The translations under genes and the position numbers were made by a program. This document shows, piece after piece, positions 29,680 through 44,967 of a stretch of DNA of 64,000 nucleotides. The notes beneath the pieces were generated by a model, which made no database searches, had not been told where the DNA came from, and was given only the letters and a program-made list of their open reading frames with translations. The stretch lies in contig JAIRUW010000013.1 in assembly GCA_031254195.1 (NCBI GenBank), positions 27,011 through 91,010 on the forward strand, given 5' to 3'. Every line of letters starts with the position of its first letter. Position 1 is the first letter of the stretch. Source of the stretch: Oscillospiraceae bacterium (lineage in GTDB: Bacteria; Bacillota; Clostridia; Oscillospirales; UBA929).

Positions 29680-30978
29680 ATGAAAAAAAGATTAGCCTCT
29701 TTCACGCTTATCTTCGCCATGCTGGTAATTTTTGCCTCCCCCGCAGCGCTTGCCGCGTCCTCTCTCAGCTTTGACGGTAATAAAAGCGGTGGTGAATTTA
29801 CTTCGATCACGACTCTGATTCTAAACATCAACCAGCGGTACACCACCGTGTACGACGCCGATTTTACAGGATTTTCAGTCACGCTGGGCGGCAAGAGCGT
29901 TAGCACAAGACCAATATATTTGAGCGGCACCTTTGATACATATACCAACAGCACTACCATTTATCTCCCGTTAAACAACACCCTGACGGAAAAGGGGATT
30001 TATACATTCAACATCACTTTTAAGGGAATAAAGCTGACCACAACCGTAGCTATCGGGCCTGACAAGGTTCCCACCGGCAGCGATTTCAGCCAGCTGAGAT
30101 GCAGTACAGACGACCTTGAAACCAACATAGCCGGATTGGTCGCCCATTTCAACGGCAGGTGCGCCCGTCCGAGCATCCCCCTGTTTACGGACTTTAAGGC
30201 CGAAAAGGACGGCTCGCCAATCCAAGTCAGCTATTATGTCAGCACCATGGATCCTGTCCTCACAAGCAACAGCACCCTGGTCAGCATCATCTTCACTACA
30301 CCCATAACGGATCGCGGAACCTATAAATTCTCCATAAAGTTCGATGGCGTCGAGCGGTCTGTGTCGATGCGGCTGGGAGGGGAAGACCCTATAGATGAAG
30401 TGGAAGAGGTAGCGGTTTTGCCCCCGCTCCTGCCACTCGACCTCTCCACCGCCGACGGCTGGGCGCATGACCACATCGAAAGCGCCCATAGCAAACGCTT
30501 CCTCCCGCCCGAGATACAGGGCGCTTACACTGCCAATGTCACCCGTAAGGAGTTCGTCTACCTCGCCATGAGCTGGCTCAATTACGTAACAGAAATGAGC
30601 AACGAACAACTGGTGGCACAATACGCCACATTCCCCAACAGGACATTCAATGACACGTCAGACCCCATCATCCTCGCGGCGGGCAAACTGGACATCACCG
30701 CCGGCAACCCTGACGGCAGCTTCGGCGCTAACACCACGTTCAACCGCCAGCAGGCGGCGATGATGCTGACAAAGGTGCTGATCATACTGGGCGATAACAC
30801 CGACAACGCCCCGAATTTTGGGTTCGCGGACATTGACACCGCCGACAGCTGGGCGCGGAACGCCATCAATTATGTAGGCAGTTACGACATCATGACCGGC
30901 AAGACCGGCGGGCGCTTTGCCCCGCACGATACCTTCACGCGGCAGGAGAGCATCATCGTCTTCAATAAAATGGGATAA
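29680..30978 (+). CDS. Secreted S-layer homology (SLH) domain protein with two repeated beta-rich modules
   Basis: Signal peptide; ADGWA...VTRKEF, FNRQQAA, DSWA...IMTG...FAP...TRQE. Confidence 0.8.
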   Translation: MKKRLASFTLIFAMLVIFASPAALAASSLSFDGNKSGGEFTSITTLILNINQRYTTVYDADFTGFSVTLGGKSVSTRPIYLSGTFDTYTNSTTIYLPLNNTLTEKGIYTFNITFKGIKLTTTVAIGPDKVPTGSDFSQLRCSTDDLETNIAGLVAHFNGRCARPSIPLFTDFKAEKDGSPIQVSYYVSTMDPVLTSNSTLVSIIFTTPITDRGTYKFSIKFDGVERSVSMRLGGEDPIDEVEEVAVLPPLLPLDLSTADGWAHDHIESAHSKRFLPPEIQGAYTANVTRKEFVYLAMSWLNYVTEMSNEQLVAQYATFPNRTFNDTSDPIILAAGKLDITAGNPDGSFGANTTFNRQQAAMMLTKVLIILGDNTDNAPNFGFADIDTADSWARNAINYVGSYDIMTGKTGGRFAPHDTFTRQESIIVFNKMG

Positions 30979-30992
30979 TAAATATAGAATAC

Positions 30993-31030
30993 GCCCCGCC
31001 GCGCCAAGCATAGGCGCGGCGGGGCTGCTT
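30993..31030. terminator. Hairpin/terminator between convergent genes
   Basis: GCCCCGCCGCGCC-aagcata-GGCGCGGCGGGGC. Confidence 0.65.
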
Positions 31031-31032
31031 AT

Positions 31033-31776
31033 CTACACATACCGGATTTCGATGCCGCCGAAGGAGACGTTTCCGGTGACCGTCAGCTGGGGAGCGTCCT
31101 CCGCTGGGGAGGCGCGGCCGTTATGATTTACCCCGCCCAACGCGCAGCTTATGTCGTCTATGACGCGCCAATGCCTAGGGACGGTAATCTCAATTGACCC
31201 GAATTGGCAGTCGCAGACGACCGTCGCGCCGTCCGGGCTGAGCTGCGCCTGGTCAAAGAAGGCCTCCAATGAGCCAAACTTGCAGATAAGCCGCGCGGTT
31301 TCCAAGCTGTCGGCGTGGATATAACGGCTGGCGGCCCCAAAAGTTACATCAATAACTGGGTTGTTGTCGCCGCCGCTGTCTTCGACCTGTGCGCCGGACT
31401 GCGTGAAAGAGCGGCTGTGCCGTCCGCCTCCCGAGACCTTCACGCGCTTCCATTTTCGCGGGAACAGGACGGCTAGGCCGCACGACGCCAGCACCGCCGC
31501 GATAATCAGCATCCAAGGGGATATATAGGGCCAGTCAAGCGTGCCCCGGAAGGTGATGTACAATACGGCAAGGGGGATGGGAAGCGGCGCGAAAGACAAA
31601 TGCGCGAGGCACTGTACGAAGAATGTCACCGCCAGCGCCGCCACAATGAGGCTGCCAAGCCCGAGGTCCACGAACTCGTTGAACTGGTTGGCGATGATAA
31701 ACGCCGCGGCGAGCAGCAGTAAAGTGCCCCATATCCATTTGGAAAGTTTGAACTGAAAGTTCCCAGCGATCTTCAT
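31033..31776 (-). CDS. LiaF-like membrane protein
   Basis: Four N-terminal TMs plus C-terminal FG-repeat domain (FGSIEITVP..W). Confidence 0.75.
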   Translation of the reverse strand: MKIAGNFQFKLSKWIWGTLLLLAAAFIIANQFNEFVDLGLGSLIVAALAVTFFVQCLAHLSFAPLPIPLAVLYITFRGTLDWPYISPWMLIIAAVLASCGLAVLFPRKWKRVKVSGGGRHSRSFTQSGAQVEDSGGDNNPVIDVTFGAASRYIHADSLETARLICKFGSLEAFFDQAQLSPDGATVVCDCQFGSIEITVPRHWRVIDDISCALGGVNHNGRASPAEDAPQLTVTGNVSFGGIEIRYV

Positions 31777-31778
31777 AG

Positions 31779-32228
31779 CTATACACTCCTGTCATTCATT
31801 TTATCTTTGAGGGCTTTGTAATAGTGCCGTGATATATAGATATGCTTGTGGGTGCCCGAGAACCTGACCTTGCTGGACGACGCTAGGTTGCGGTCGATGG
31901 CGTAAATGCGCGATGTGTTGATAATGGCGCCCTTGGCCGCCCGGATGAAAGCGCGGGGCAGAATGTCTGCCAGCTCATACAGCCTGCGCTTGACCCGAAA
32001 GGCGTCGTTTGCCGTATGCGCGTACACCTGCTCGCCGTCCGTCTCAAAAAACAGAATCTCCTCGAAGGGGAGGTAAAACTCCTGCGACCCTTTATAGAAA
32101 ATGAGCTTCGGCGCGGACAGGCCGAGGATATATGCCTGGAGCTTCTGCACGGTGTCATCCACGCGGCCGCAGCGGATGACCACCTCGTCCTCCGGCAGCC
32201 CGTCGGACACCTCGATTCGCAGCTTCAC
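31779..32228 (-). CDS. LytTR-only transcriptional regulator
   Basis: EILFFET, RLYEL..LP..FIRAAK..IIN, ISRHYYK; GTG start after GGAGGTG. Confidence 0.9.
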   Translation of the reverse strand: MKLRIEVSDGLPEDEVVIRCGRVDDTVQKLQAYILGLSAPKLIFYKGSQEFYLPFEEILFFETDGEQVYAHTANDAFRVKRRLYELADILPRAFIRAAKGAIINTSRIYAIDRNLASSSKVRFSGTHKHIYISRHYYKALKDKMNDRSV

Positions 32229-32256
32229 ACAAACATCACCTCCATCACCCGTCCGC

Positions 32257-32326
32257 ATTATATCAGCCGGAGCGGGCGGATACAAGGGGGAAACGGCAAC
32301 AGGTGCGCACAAGCCGGTAAGCGGTC
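32257..32326 (-). promoter_or_regulatory. Promoter and direct repeats for the LytTR operon
   Basis: TTGTAT-N17-TATAAT; ACCGCTTACCG / ACCTGTTGCCG repeated at 21-bp spacing upstream of -35. Confidence 0.6.
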
Positions 32327-32356
32327 ATAAAACGGGGGTATTGTGACGTTTCATGC

Positions 32357-32384
32357 AAAAATCCCGCCTACTCAGGCGGGATTC
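32357..32384 (-). terminator. Intrinsic terminator on minus strand
   Basis: AATCCCGCCT-gagt-AGGCGGGATT-TTT. Confidence 0.7.
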
Positions 32385-32521
32385 ATCTTATATGACGCAA
32401 CAAGCAAAACTTGACAACGCCTTACCATCGAATGCGATACGGATTTCTACAGCCGAGGAGCTTGCCGCAAGTGGTCTCGCCGGCACCGCAAGCAATCTGT
32501 AAGCTCATCAGCAAAAAAACC

Positions 32522-32550
32522 TTGCATTTTGTCGTAAGCCTTGATAAAAT
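32522..32550 (+). promoter_or_regulatory. Sigma-A promoter for the SLH gene leader
   Basis: TTGCAT-N17-TAAAAT with extended -10. Confidence 0.65.
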
Positions 32551-32564
32551 GATTGCGAGAACAA

Positions 32565-32660
32565 AATAGTGGCAGCCGGGGAAGTGCTGAGAACACTCCC
32601 CCGGACCTATGCAGGATGAGTAAGCATCCCACACAGCAGCGTTTAGACTGCGCCATCCCC
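32565..32660 (-). ncRNA. Candidate cloverleaf-like structured RNA, antisense to the SLH leader
   Basis: Three hairpins closed by TGGC/GCCA; own promoter at 32662-32690. Confidence 0.5.
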
Positions 32661-32661
32661 T

Positions 32662-32690
32662 ATTATATCCCGTTTTTGTTATTCGGGCAA
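32662..32690 (-). promoter_or_regulatory. Convergent sigma-A promoter
   Basis: TTGCCC-N17-TATAAT on minus strand. Confidence 0.6.
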
Positions 32691-32715
32691 GGGGTATGTT
32701 GTGCTTGACGATAAC

Positions 32716-32753
32716 GCGACGTTGGGAAAATCTCCCTGCGTCGCTTTTTTGTT
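32716..32753 (+). terminator. Terminator/attenuator inside the leader
   Basis: GCGACGttGGGA-aaatc-TCCCtgCGTCGC-TTTTTTGTT, about 85 nt before the start codon. Confidence 0.65.
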
Positions 32754-32836
32754 CTCGGCAGCGGCACTCTCGGGGGGCGTAAGCCCTCCGGGGGTAGCTA
32801 AGCCGGGAATCAAAATAAACAAGGAGGTCACCCCAA

Positions 32837-34237
32837 ATGAAAACCATGAAAAGACTACTCGCCGTTGTATTGTGCATTGCCATGATAGCGGTAACAGGAA
32901 TCCCGGCGTTAGCGGTCACAAACGAGCAGCCAAATGGCGACGGCTTCACCGCCTACAATCTGCATTGGGATAACCCGCAAGCGGGGCTTGCCAGCTTCTA
33001 TATTCAATCACAGGATCATCCATATGCTATTGAGTTGTTCAAGGACGGCAAATCTATCGGGAATATAATAAGAGAGCGTCAAGAAGGAAATCGCATTTTT
33101 GTAAACTTTTCCCCCTTTATGACCGAACCGGGCGCATATCATTTTACGGTTACTTGTATGACATGGGTAACATCGCCATATGGTTTGGAGATTGGCCACC
33201 CGCAAAACGGTCAAGTCCGCACGAGTGAGGTCTTTAATCTTGGCGCTACGACGCTCGGCGCATTGGGTGACCCGGCCAATCTTCGGATAGCAGTAGATGG
33301 TACGGTGGTAACGTGTACATGGGATATACCCGCTGGATGGACTGCCGGACGTGATTCGTTCGCCGTTGGATTCACCGGCAGGAATTTGGAAGACCTCGGT
33401 TTAGGTTATCAAGAATGGGGAATCTCCGCAAATGTCAGCGAAGCCCGTTATGTTACAGACTTGCGAAACTTCCCCTCATCACCACATGGGGCAAATTCAG
33501 AAGCAACAATCGTGTACTATTTCGCAGTACAGGCCGTGAGCGGCAATACAGCCGTGGTGGCATCCAGCAATTCGGTTCTCAGTCCCACCGTATATAACTC
33601 GCGGACGGGTGAGATTATCCCGAACACCCAAGCCAATCAAGGCGACACAACACCCGCCACCCCCAACCTCGACAGCGCATCCTCATGGGCGCGTGAGGGC
33701 ATCACGGCGGCCATCGGCAAGGGTTTCGTCCCAGCGGACATTCAAGGCAACTACACCAACGTCATCACCCGCGCCGAATTCTGCCGCCTCGCTGTCAGGT
33801 GGCTGGAGGTGCGGCTGGATAAGACCATAGACGCGATCGTGGCGGAGCATGGGATAGCGGAAAGGATGGGGCATACCTTCTCCGACACGACGAATACCAA
33901 TATACTCGCGGCATACCGTTTGGGCGTTACGGGCGGGGAGGTAGCGCCCACCGACGCCGCCCCCGGACGGTTTAATCCAAGCGGGCAGTTCAACCGTGAG
34001 CAGGCCGCGACGATGATACTGAACACCGTCAAGGTAGCGGGGATGGACGTGAGCAATACCGCTTCGGCGGGGTTCAACGACATCGGTACCGCCTCAAGCT
34101 GGGCGGTGAACGCGATCAACTACGTAAGGAACGCGGGAATCATGAGCGGCACAGGCACAGCGGACAACCCGCTGTTCAGCCCGCAGAGGGCGTATACACG
34201 GCAGGAGAGCATTGTGACGTTCAATAATATCGGATAA
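32837..34237 (+). CDS. Secreted SLH domain protein with FN3-like N-terminal region
   Basis: Signal peptide; ASSWA...ITRAEF, FNREQAA, SSWA...GIMSG...FSP...TRQE; RBS AAGGAGGT. Confidence 0.8.
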   Translation: MKTMKRLLAVVLCIAMIAVTGIPALAVTNEQPNGDGFTAYNLHWDNPQAGLASFYIQSQDHPYAIELFKDGKSIGNIIRERQEGNRIFVNFSPFMTEPGAYHFTVTCMTWVTSPYGLEIGHPQNGQVRTSEVFNLGATTLGALGDPANLRIAVDGTVVTCTWDIPAGWTAGRDSFAVGFTGRNLEDLGLGYQEWGISANVSEARYVTDLRNFPSSPHGANSEATIVYYFAVQAVSGNTAVVASSNSVLSPTVYNSRTGEIIPNTQANQGDTTPATPNLDSASSWAREGITAAIGKGFVPADIQGNYTNVITRAEFCRLAVRWLEVRLDKTIDAIVAEHGIAERMGHTFSDTTNTNILAAYRLGVTGGEVAPTDAAPGRFNPSGQFNREQAATMILNTVKVAGMDVSNTASAGFNDIGTASSWAVNAINYVRNAGIMSGTGTADNPLFSPQRAYTRQESIVTFNNIG

Positions 34238-34240
34238 GTG

Positions 34241-34420
34241 TGTGGGCGGCCTTTGGCCGTCCGCAAAATCCCCCTGTCATTGCGATGACATCCCCCTTTC
34301 ACTAAAGGGGGATGGACGAAAGAATAGCGCGTTCCAAGCCCTCCCTCTTTCACAAAAGAGGGATACCGCCCACAGGCGGAGGGAGATTTTCTTTGTAGGG
34401 GCGGCCTTTGTGTCCGTCCG
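34241..34420. repeat. Composite REP/MITE-like palindrome cluster
   Basis: Two GGGCGGCCTTTG..CCGTCCG hairpins flanking AAAATCCCCCT...AGGGAGATTTT inverted ends that enclose four further hairpins. Confidence 0.7.
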
Positions 34421-34471
34421 TAAAAACCCCCGCCGGAGCCAAGCGTACGCCAGGCTTCGGCGGGGGTTTTA
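34421..34471. terminator. Bidirectional terminator
   Basis: AAAAACCCCCGCCGGAGCC...GGCTTCGGCGGGGGTTTT. Confidence 0.75.
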
Positions 34472-34510
34472 CCATGCGAAAAGTAACGTGAAAACCTTGC
34501 GAAAAAATCC

Positions 34511-34539
34511 TTGACAATAGAGGAAAACTTTTATATAAT
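34511..34539 (+). promoter_or_regulatory. Consensus sigma-A promoter of rpoBC
   Basis: TTGACA-N17-TATAAT. Confidence 0.85.
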
Positions 34540-34686
34540 ACAAATTCGTGGCGCTATACTTGTTGTAAGGACAGGCTGAAGCGCAACAAACCCCGTATAC
34601 ACGATACCATAAAACTTGTAAAAGCGCAACAGGCTGTCGAAAGAATCAATACGCAGGTCCACGCGTGTCATAATGAAGAAGGGAAG

Positions 34687-38388
<3,702 letters not shown>

Positions 38389-38391
38389 ATT

Positions 38392-41955
<3,564 letters not shown>

Positions 41956-41967
41956 GGCTTAGGCAAG

Positions 41968-42004
41968 AAAAAGAGTGCTGGCGGAACCGCCGGCACTCTT
42001 TTTG
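41968..42004. terminator. Bidirectional terminator after rpoC
   Basis: AAAAAGAGTGCTGGCGG-aa-CCGCCGGCACTCTTTTT. Confidence 0.85.
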
Positions 42005-42016
42005 TGTTTCGTCGGG

Positions 42017-42928
42017 TTACTGTCCGTTGACGGCGTCGTAGAAGTCTTGGGGGAGGTCGTAGCCACCGAAGGCTTCGACAGCTAAATATGTTTTTCCCTT
42101 ATAGACTGCTGTGAAAGACGAAAAGCAACCCCCAAACGCCCGTCCGCCGATTTCAGTCACGTTGTCTGGTATCGTGACGCTTTTCAGGCTACATCCAAAG
42201 AATGCCATGGTACCAATCCTCGTAACGCTGGCGGGTATTGTGATACTTGGTGCCCATGGGTTGTAATTAGTATCTCTTGCCGATAATGCACCATCGCTAA
42301 TATTTGTAGTGCCATCCCGAATTGCAATTGAAATTTCTCCTTTATGTCCAATAGCACTTTTCCCCATATAAACAACCCCGTCAGGTTGATTGGCAAACCA
42401 TGCCGTGTCATCAAACGCTCTAGATCCAATGTTTGTAAACTCATCGGGCAACACAATGCTTACCAGCCCTGTGCAGCCGCGGAATGCCTGGCTACCAATG
42501 CTCGTCACGCCATCAGGTATTATAACGCTCGTCAGTCCTGTACAATCGCTGAATGCCCTATAGCCGATACTTGTCACGCCATCAGGTATTGTGATGTTCG
42601 TCAATCCTGTACAGCCGTAGAACGCATTTTCGCCAATAATTGTTACGCTATTGGGAATATATACATCCATGATACCGCTGTTGCTAAAACCTCCTTCTAT
42701 CCACACCACAGGCTCGCCCTCGATTTTCTCAGGTATTCGTACCTTGATAGAACTCCCTATGTATTTTGTAATCACCACACCTCCAACACCTGCGTCGTAG
42801 CTATACTCGAAGTCGCTCGCAGGTGTTTCGGGTTCTTTAGGCGGCGGGTTGTTACCCCCACCACTGCACCCGGCTACTAACAACAAGGCCGCTAACACCA
42901 CGCTGATTACACACTTTCTCATTTCCAT
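42017..42928 (-). CDS. BspA-type (LRR_5) leucine-rich repeat lipoprotein
   Basis: Lipobox LVAGC; 23-aa repeats IPDGVTSIGxxAFxxCTGL (69-bp DNA repeats near 42424-42630). Confidence 0.9.
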   Translation of the reverse strand: MEMRKCVISVVLAALLLVAGCSGGGNNPPPKEPETPASDFEYSYDAGVGGVVITKYIGSSIKVRIPEKIEGEPVVWIEGGFSNSGIMDVYIPNSVTIIGENAFYGCTGLTNITIPDGVTSIGYRAFSDCTGLTSVIIPDGVTSIGSQAFRGCTGLVSIVLPDEFTNIGSRAFDDTAWFANQPDGVVYMGKSAIGHKGEISIAIRDGTTNISDGALSARDTNYNPWAPSITIPASVTRIGTMAFFGCSLKSVTIPDNVTEIGGRAFGGCFSSFTAVYKGKTYLAVEAFGGYDLPQDFYDAVNGQ

Positions 42929-42968
42929 ACCCTCCCACTTTCATGTGCGCCTATAATAAGCAGAAATG

Positions 42969-43022
42969 GCTTATCATAAGCGTACTGATAAGCAGTATAG
43001 CATGGTATCCTATTAAAAGCAA
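42969..43022 (-). promoter_or_regulatory. Promoter and palindromic operator of the LRR gene
   Basis: TTGCTT-N17-TATACT immediately followed by GCTTATCA-N9-TGATAAGC. Confidence 0.65.
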
Positions 43023-43050
43023 GTGTTGTTTTTGAAAGGATGGCGGTCGT

Positions 43051-43395
43051 ATCATTGACTACAAACGAATAGGGAAGAATATCCGGGAGTTAAGGCGTTC
43101 GCAAGGGTTGACACAAGAGGCGTTAGCGGAGCTTGCCGACTTGTCGCTGACCCATATTTCCCACATCGAAGTTGGGTCAAATATGGTATCCCTTCCCGCT
43201 CTGGTAAACATCTGCGAAATCCTAAAAACCACCGCTGACCGTCTGTTATACGACAATTTGACCCAGCCGACGGCATATATGAGCGCGGATGTAGCGCAGT
43301 GTTTCGCGGACGCGTCGCCGCAGGAGGCGAGCGTCATGCTGTCCGCCGCGCGCTCGGTCAAGGACGCTATGAGAAATGTGAGGCTTTCTGTATGA
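43051..43395 (+). CDS. XRE-family regulator with non-canonical (ATC/ATT) or lost start codon
   Basis: IDYKRIGKNIRELRRSQGLTQEALAELADLSLTHISHIEVG is continuous; in-frame TGA at 43033. Confidence 0.7.
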   Translation: MIDYKRIGKNIRELRRSQGLTQEALAELADLSLTHISHIEVGSNMVSLPALVNICEILKTTADRLLYDNLTQPTAYMSADVAQCFADASPQEASVMLSAARSVKDAMRNVRLSV

Positions 43396-43542
43396 GACTG
43401 ACATATCAACGGAAGTGACCCCCGTGCTGTCTTCGGCACGGGGGTGTTATTTGAAATTAACAATAAAACCTTATTGTATCCACAGCAAAATGCTCTTTCC
43501 ATTCGCGGCATATCATAAAATGATGAGCAGAAATAATGTCCG

Positions 43543-43824
43543 TTAGTTTATGGAGGGTGCAATCTGTATTCCTCCGATCTCTGCATACTTAAAAAAGAGG
43601 TGAGCATGATTTTCCAGTAATTCTTCAAACTCTTTTATTGACTCGTCGGAATAGCCTTCTCTTATGATCCACGTATAAGAGGGTAAGGAGCATCTCGCAG
43701 TATCAAAGCCAAACGGTTTAGGGCGTTCAAAGTGCACCTCCACTGACTTTTCTCCGTTTTTCTCCAGTAGATGCGAGTGTGTTATAAGGGTTTCATCAGC
43801 AAGTGTTATATACGGGTACATCAT
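43543..43824 (-). CDS. Small conserved hypothetical protein (type usually paired with a DUF4160 gene)
   Basis: MMYPY.TL.DET.I.HS...VHFERP...F..ARC.LP.Y.W pattern recalled from memory; AT-rich. Confidence 0.6.
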   Translation of the reverse strand: MMYPYITLADETLITHSHLLEKNGEKSVEVHFERPKPFGFDTARCSLPSYTWIIREGYSDESIKEFEELLENHAHLFFKYAEIGGIQIAPSIN

Positions 43825-43933
43825 AAAAAATCCTCCAAGCTCCGATTCTTATATTATATTATACCATGAAGCGCACATAAATCAAATAAAAACATAACCG
43901 CCGGGCAGACTATCCCTGAAAGGCGGCGATATA

Positions 43934-44896
43934 ATGCGAAAGAAGAAGGTTGCGGTCGTCGGGGCGGGGTTTGTCGGGTCTACGGCGGCGTATACCATGC
44001 TGATGAACAACACCGCCGACGAGATCGTCCTAATCGACATCAACCGCGGCAAGGCGGAGGGCGACGCGCTGGATATGAACCACGGCATGAGCTTCCTGCC
44101 GCCGGTCAAGTTTTATTCCGGCTGGTACGGGGACTGCGCCGACGCGGCGCTGGTCGTCCTGACGGCGGGCGCGGCGCAAAAGCCCGGCGAGAGCCGGATG
44201 GACTTGCTGGGGCGCAACCTGCGCGTCTTTGACGATATTCTCTCGCAGCTGCTGCCCAACCTGGCCCCGGACGCGGTGCTGCTGACCGTGACCAACCCGG
44301 TGGACGTGCTGACGCAGTATGTTTTGGAGCGTTCCGGCCTGCCCGCGTCCCGGGTGATGGGTTCGGGGACGGTGCTGGACACCTCGCGGCTCAAGTGGGC
44401 GATCGCGGGGCATATCGGCATCGACCCGCGCGACGTAAAGGCCTTTGTCATCGGCGAGCACGGCGATACCGAGGTTGCGGCGTTCTCCGCGGCGACCGTC
44501 TCGGGGATGCGGCTTGACCAATACTGCGCTCAATGTCCCGAGGACAGCTGCGACGCGCTGAGGGAGCTGTCCAAACTGCACGGCGAGGTGCGCGACGCGG
44601 CGTACGGCATTATCGAGAAGAAGGGCGCGACATACTATGCCGTCGCGCTGGCCGTCAACCGCATCGCCCAGGCGGTGCTGAACGACCAAAAGGCCATCCT
44701 GACCGTGTCGGGGCTGGTGGACGGCCCGTACGGCATCCGCGGCGTGTGCCTCTCTCTGCCGCGCGTGGTCGGCGCGGGCGGGATGGAAAGGCTGCTGGAA
44801 GTGCCGTACGACGAGGAAGAGGCCCGGCAGCTCCGGCACAGCGCCGAAACGATACGGGAAGCGTACCGGGTGGCGGGCGCGGCGGCGGGGAAATAA
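43934..44896 (+). CDS. ldh: L-lactate dehydrogenase
   Basis: VGAGFVG, AQKPGESR, NPVD, GTVLDTSR, GEHGD, KGATYY. Confidence 0.95.
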   Translation: MRKKKVAVVGAGFVGSTAAYTMLMNNTADEIVLIDINRGKAEGDALDMNHGMSFLPPVKFYSGWYGDCADAALVVLTAGAAQKPGESRMDLLGRNLRVFDDILSQLLPNLAPDAVLLTVTNPVDVLTQYVLERSGLPASRVMGSGTVLDTSRLKWAIAGHIGIDPRDVKAFVIGEHGDTEVAAFSAATVSGMRLDQYCAQCPEDSCDALRELSKLHGEVRDAAYGIIEKKGATYYAVALAVNRIAQAVLNDQKAILTVSGLVDGPYGIRGVCLSLPRVVGAGGMERLLEVPYDEEEARQLRHSAETIREAYRVAGAAAGK

Positions 44897-44967
44897 GCGC
44901 AATCGCGCCTTGACAATCCGCCCCCGCCGTGATACTCTTTTCGGGTATTAGACAGGGGGCTTTTTTC

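Noticed and set aside
32565-32660. Cloverleaf fold as a possible tRNA
   Set aside because: No TTC T-loop, no D-loop consensus, arm lengths do not fit
42424-42630. 69-bp repeats as CRISPR or DGR template
   Set aside because: In-frame LRR coding repeats; no spacers, cas or reverse transcriptase gene
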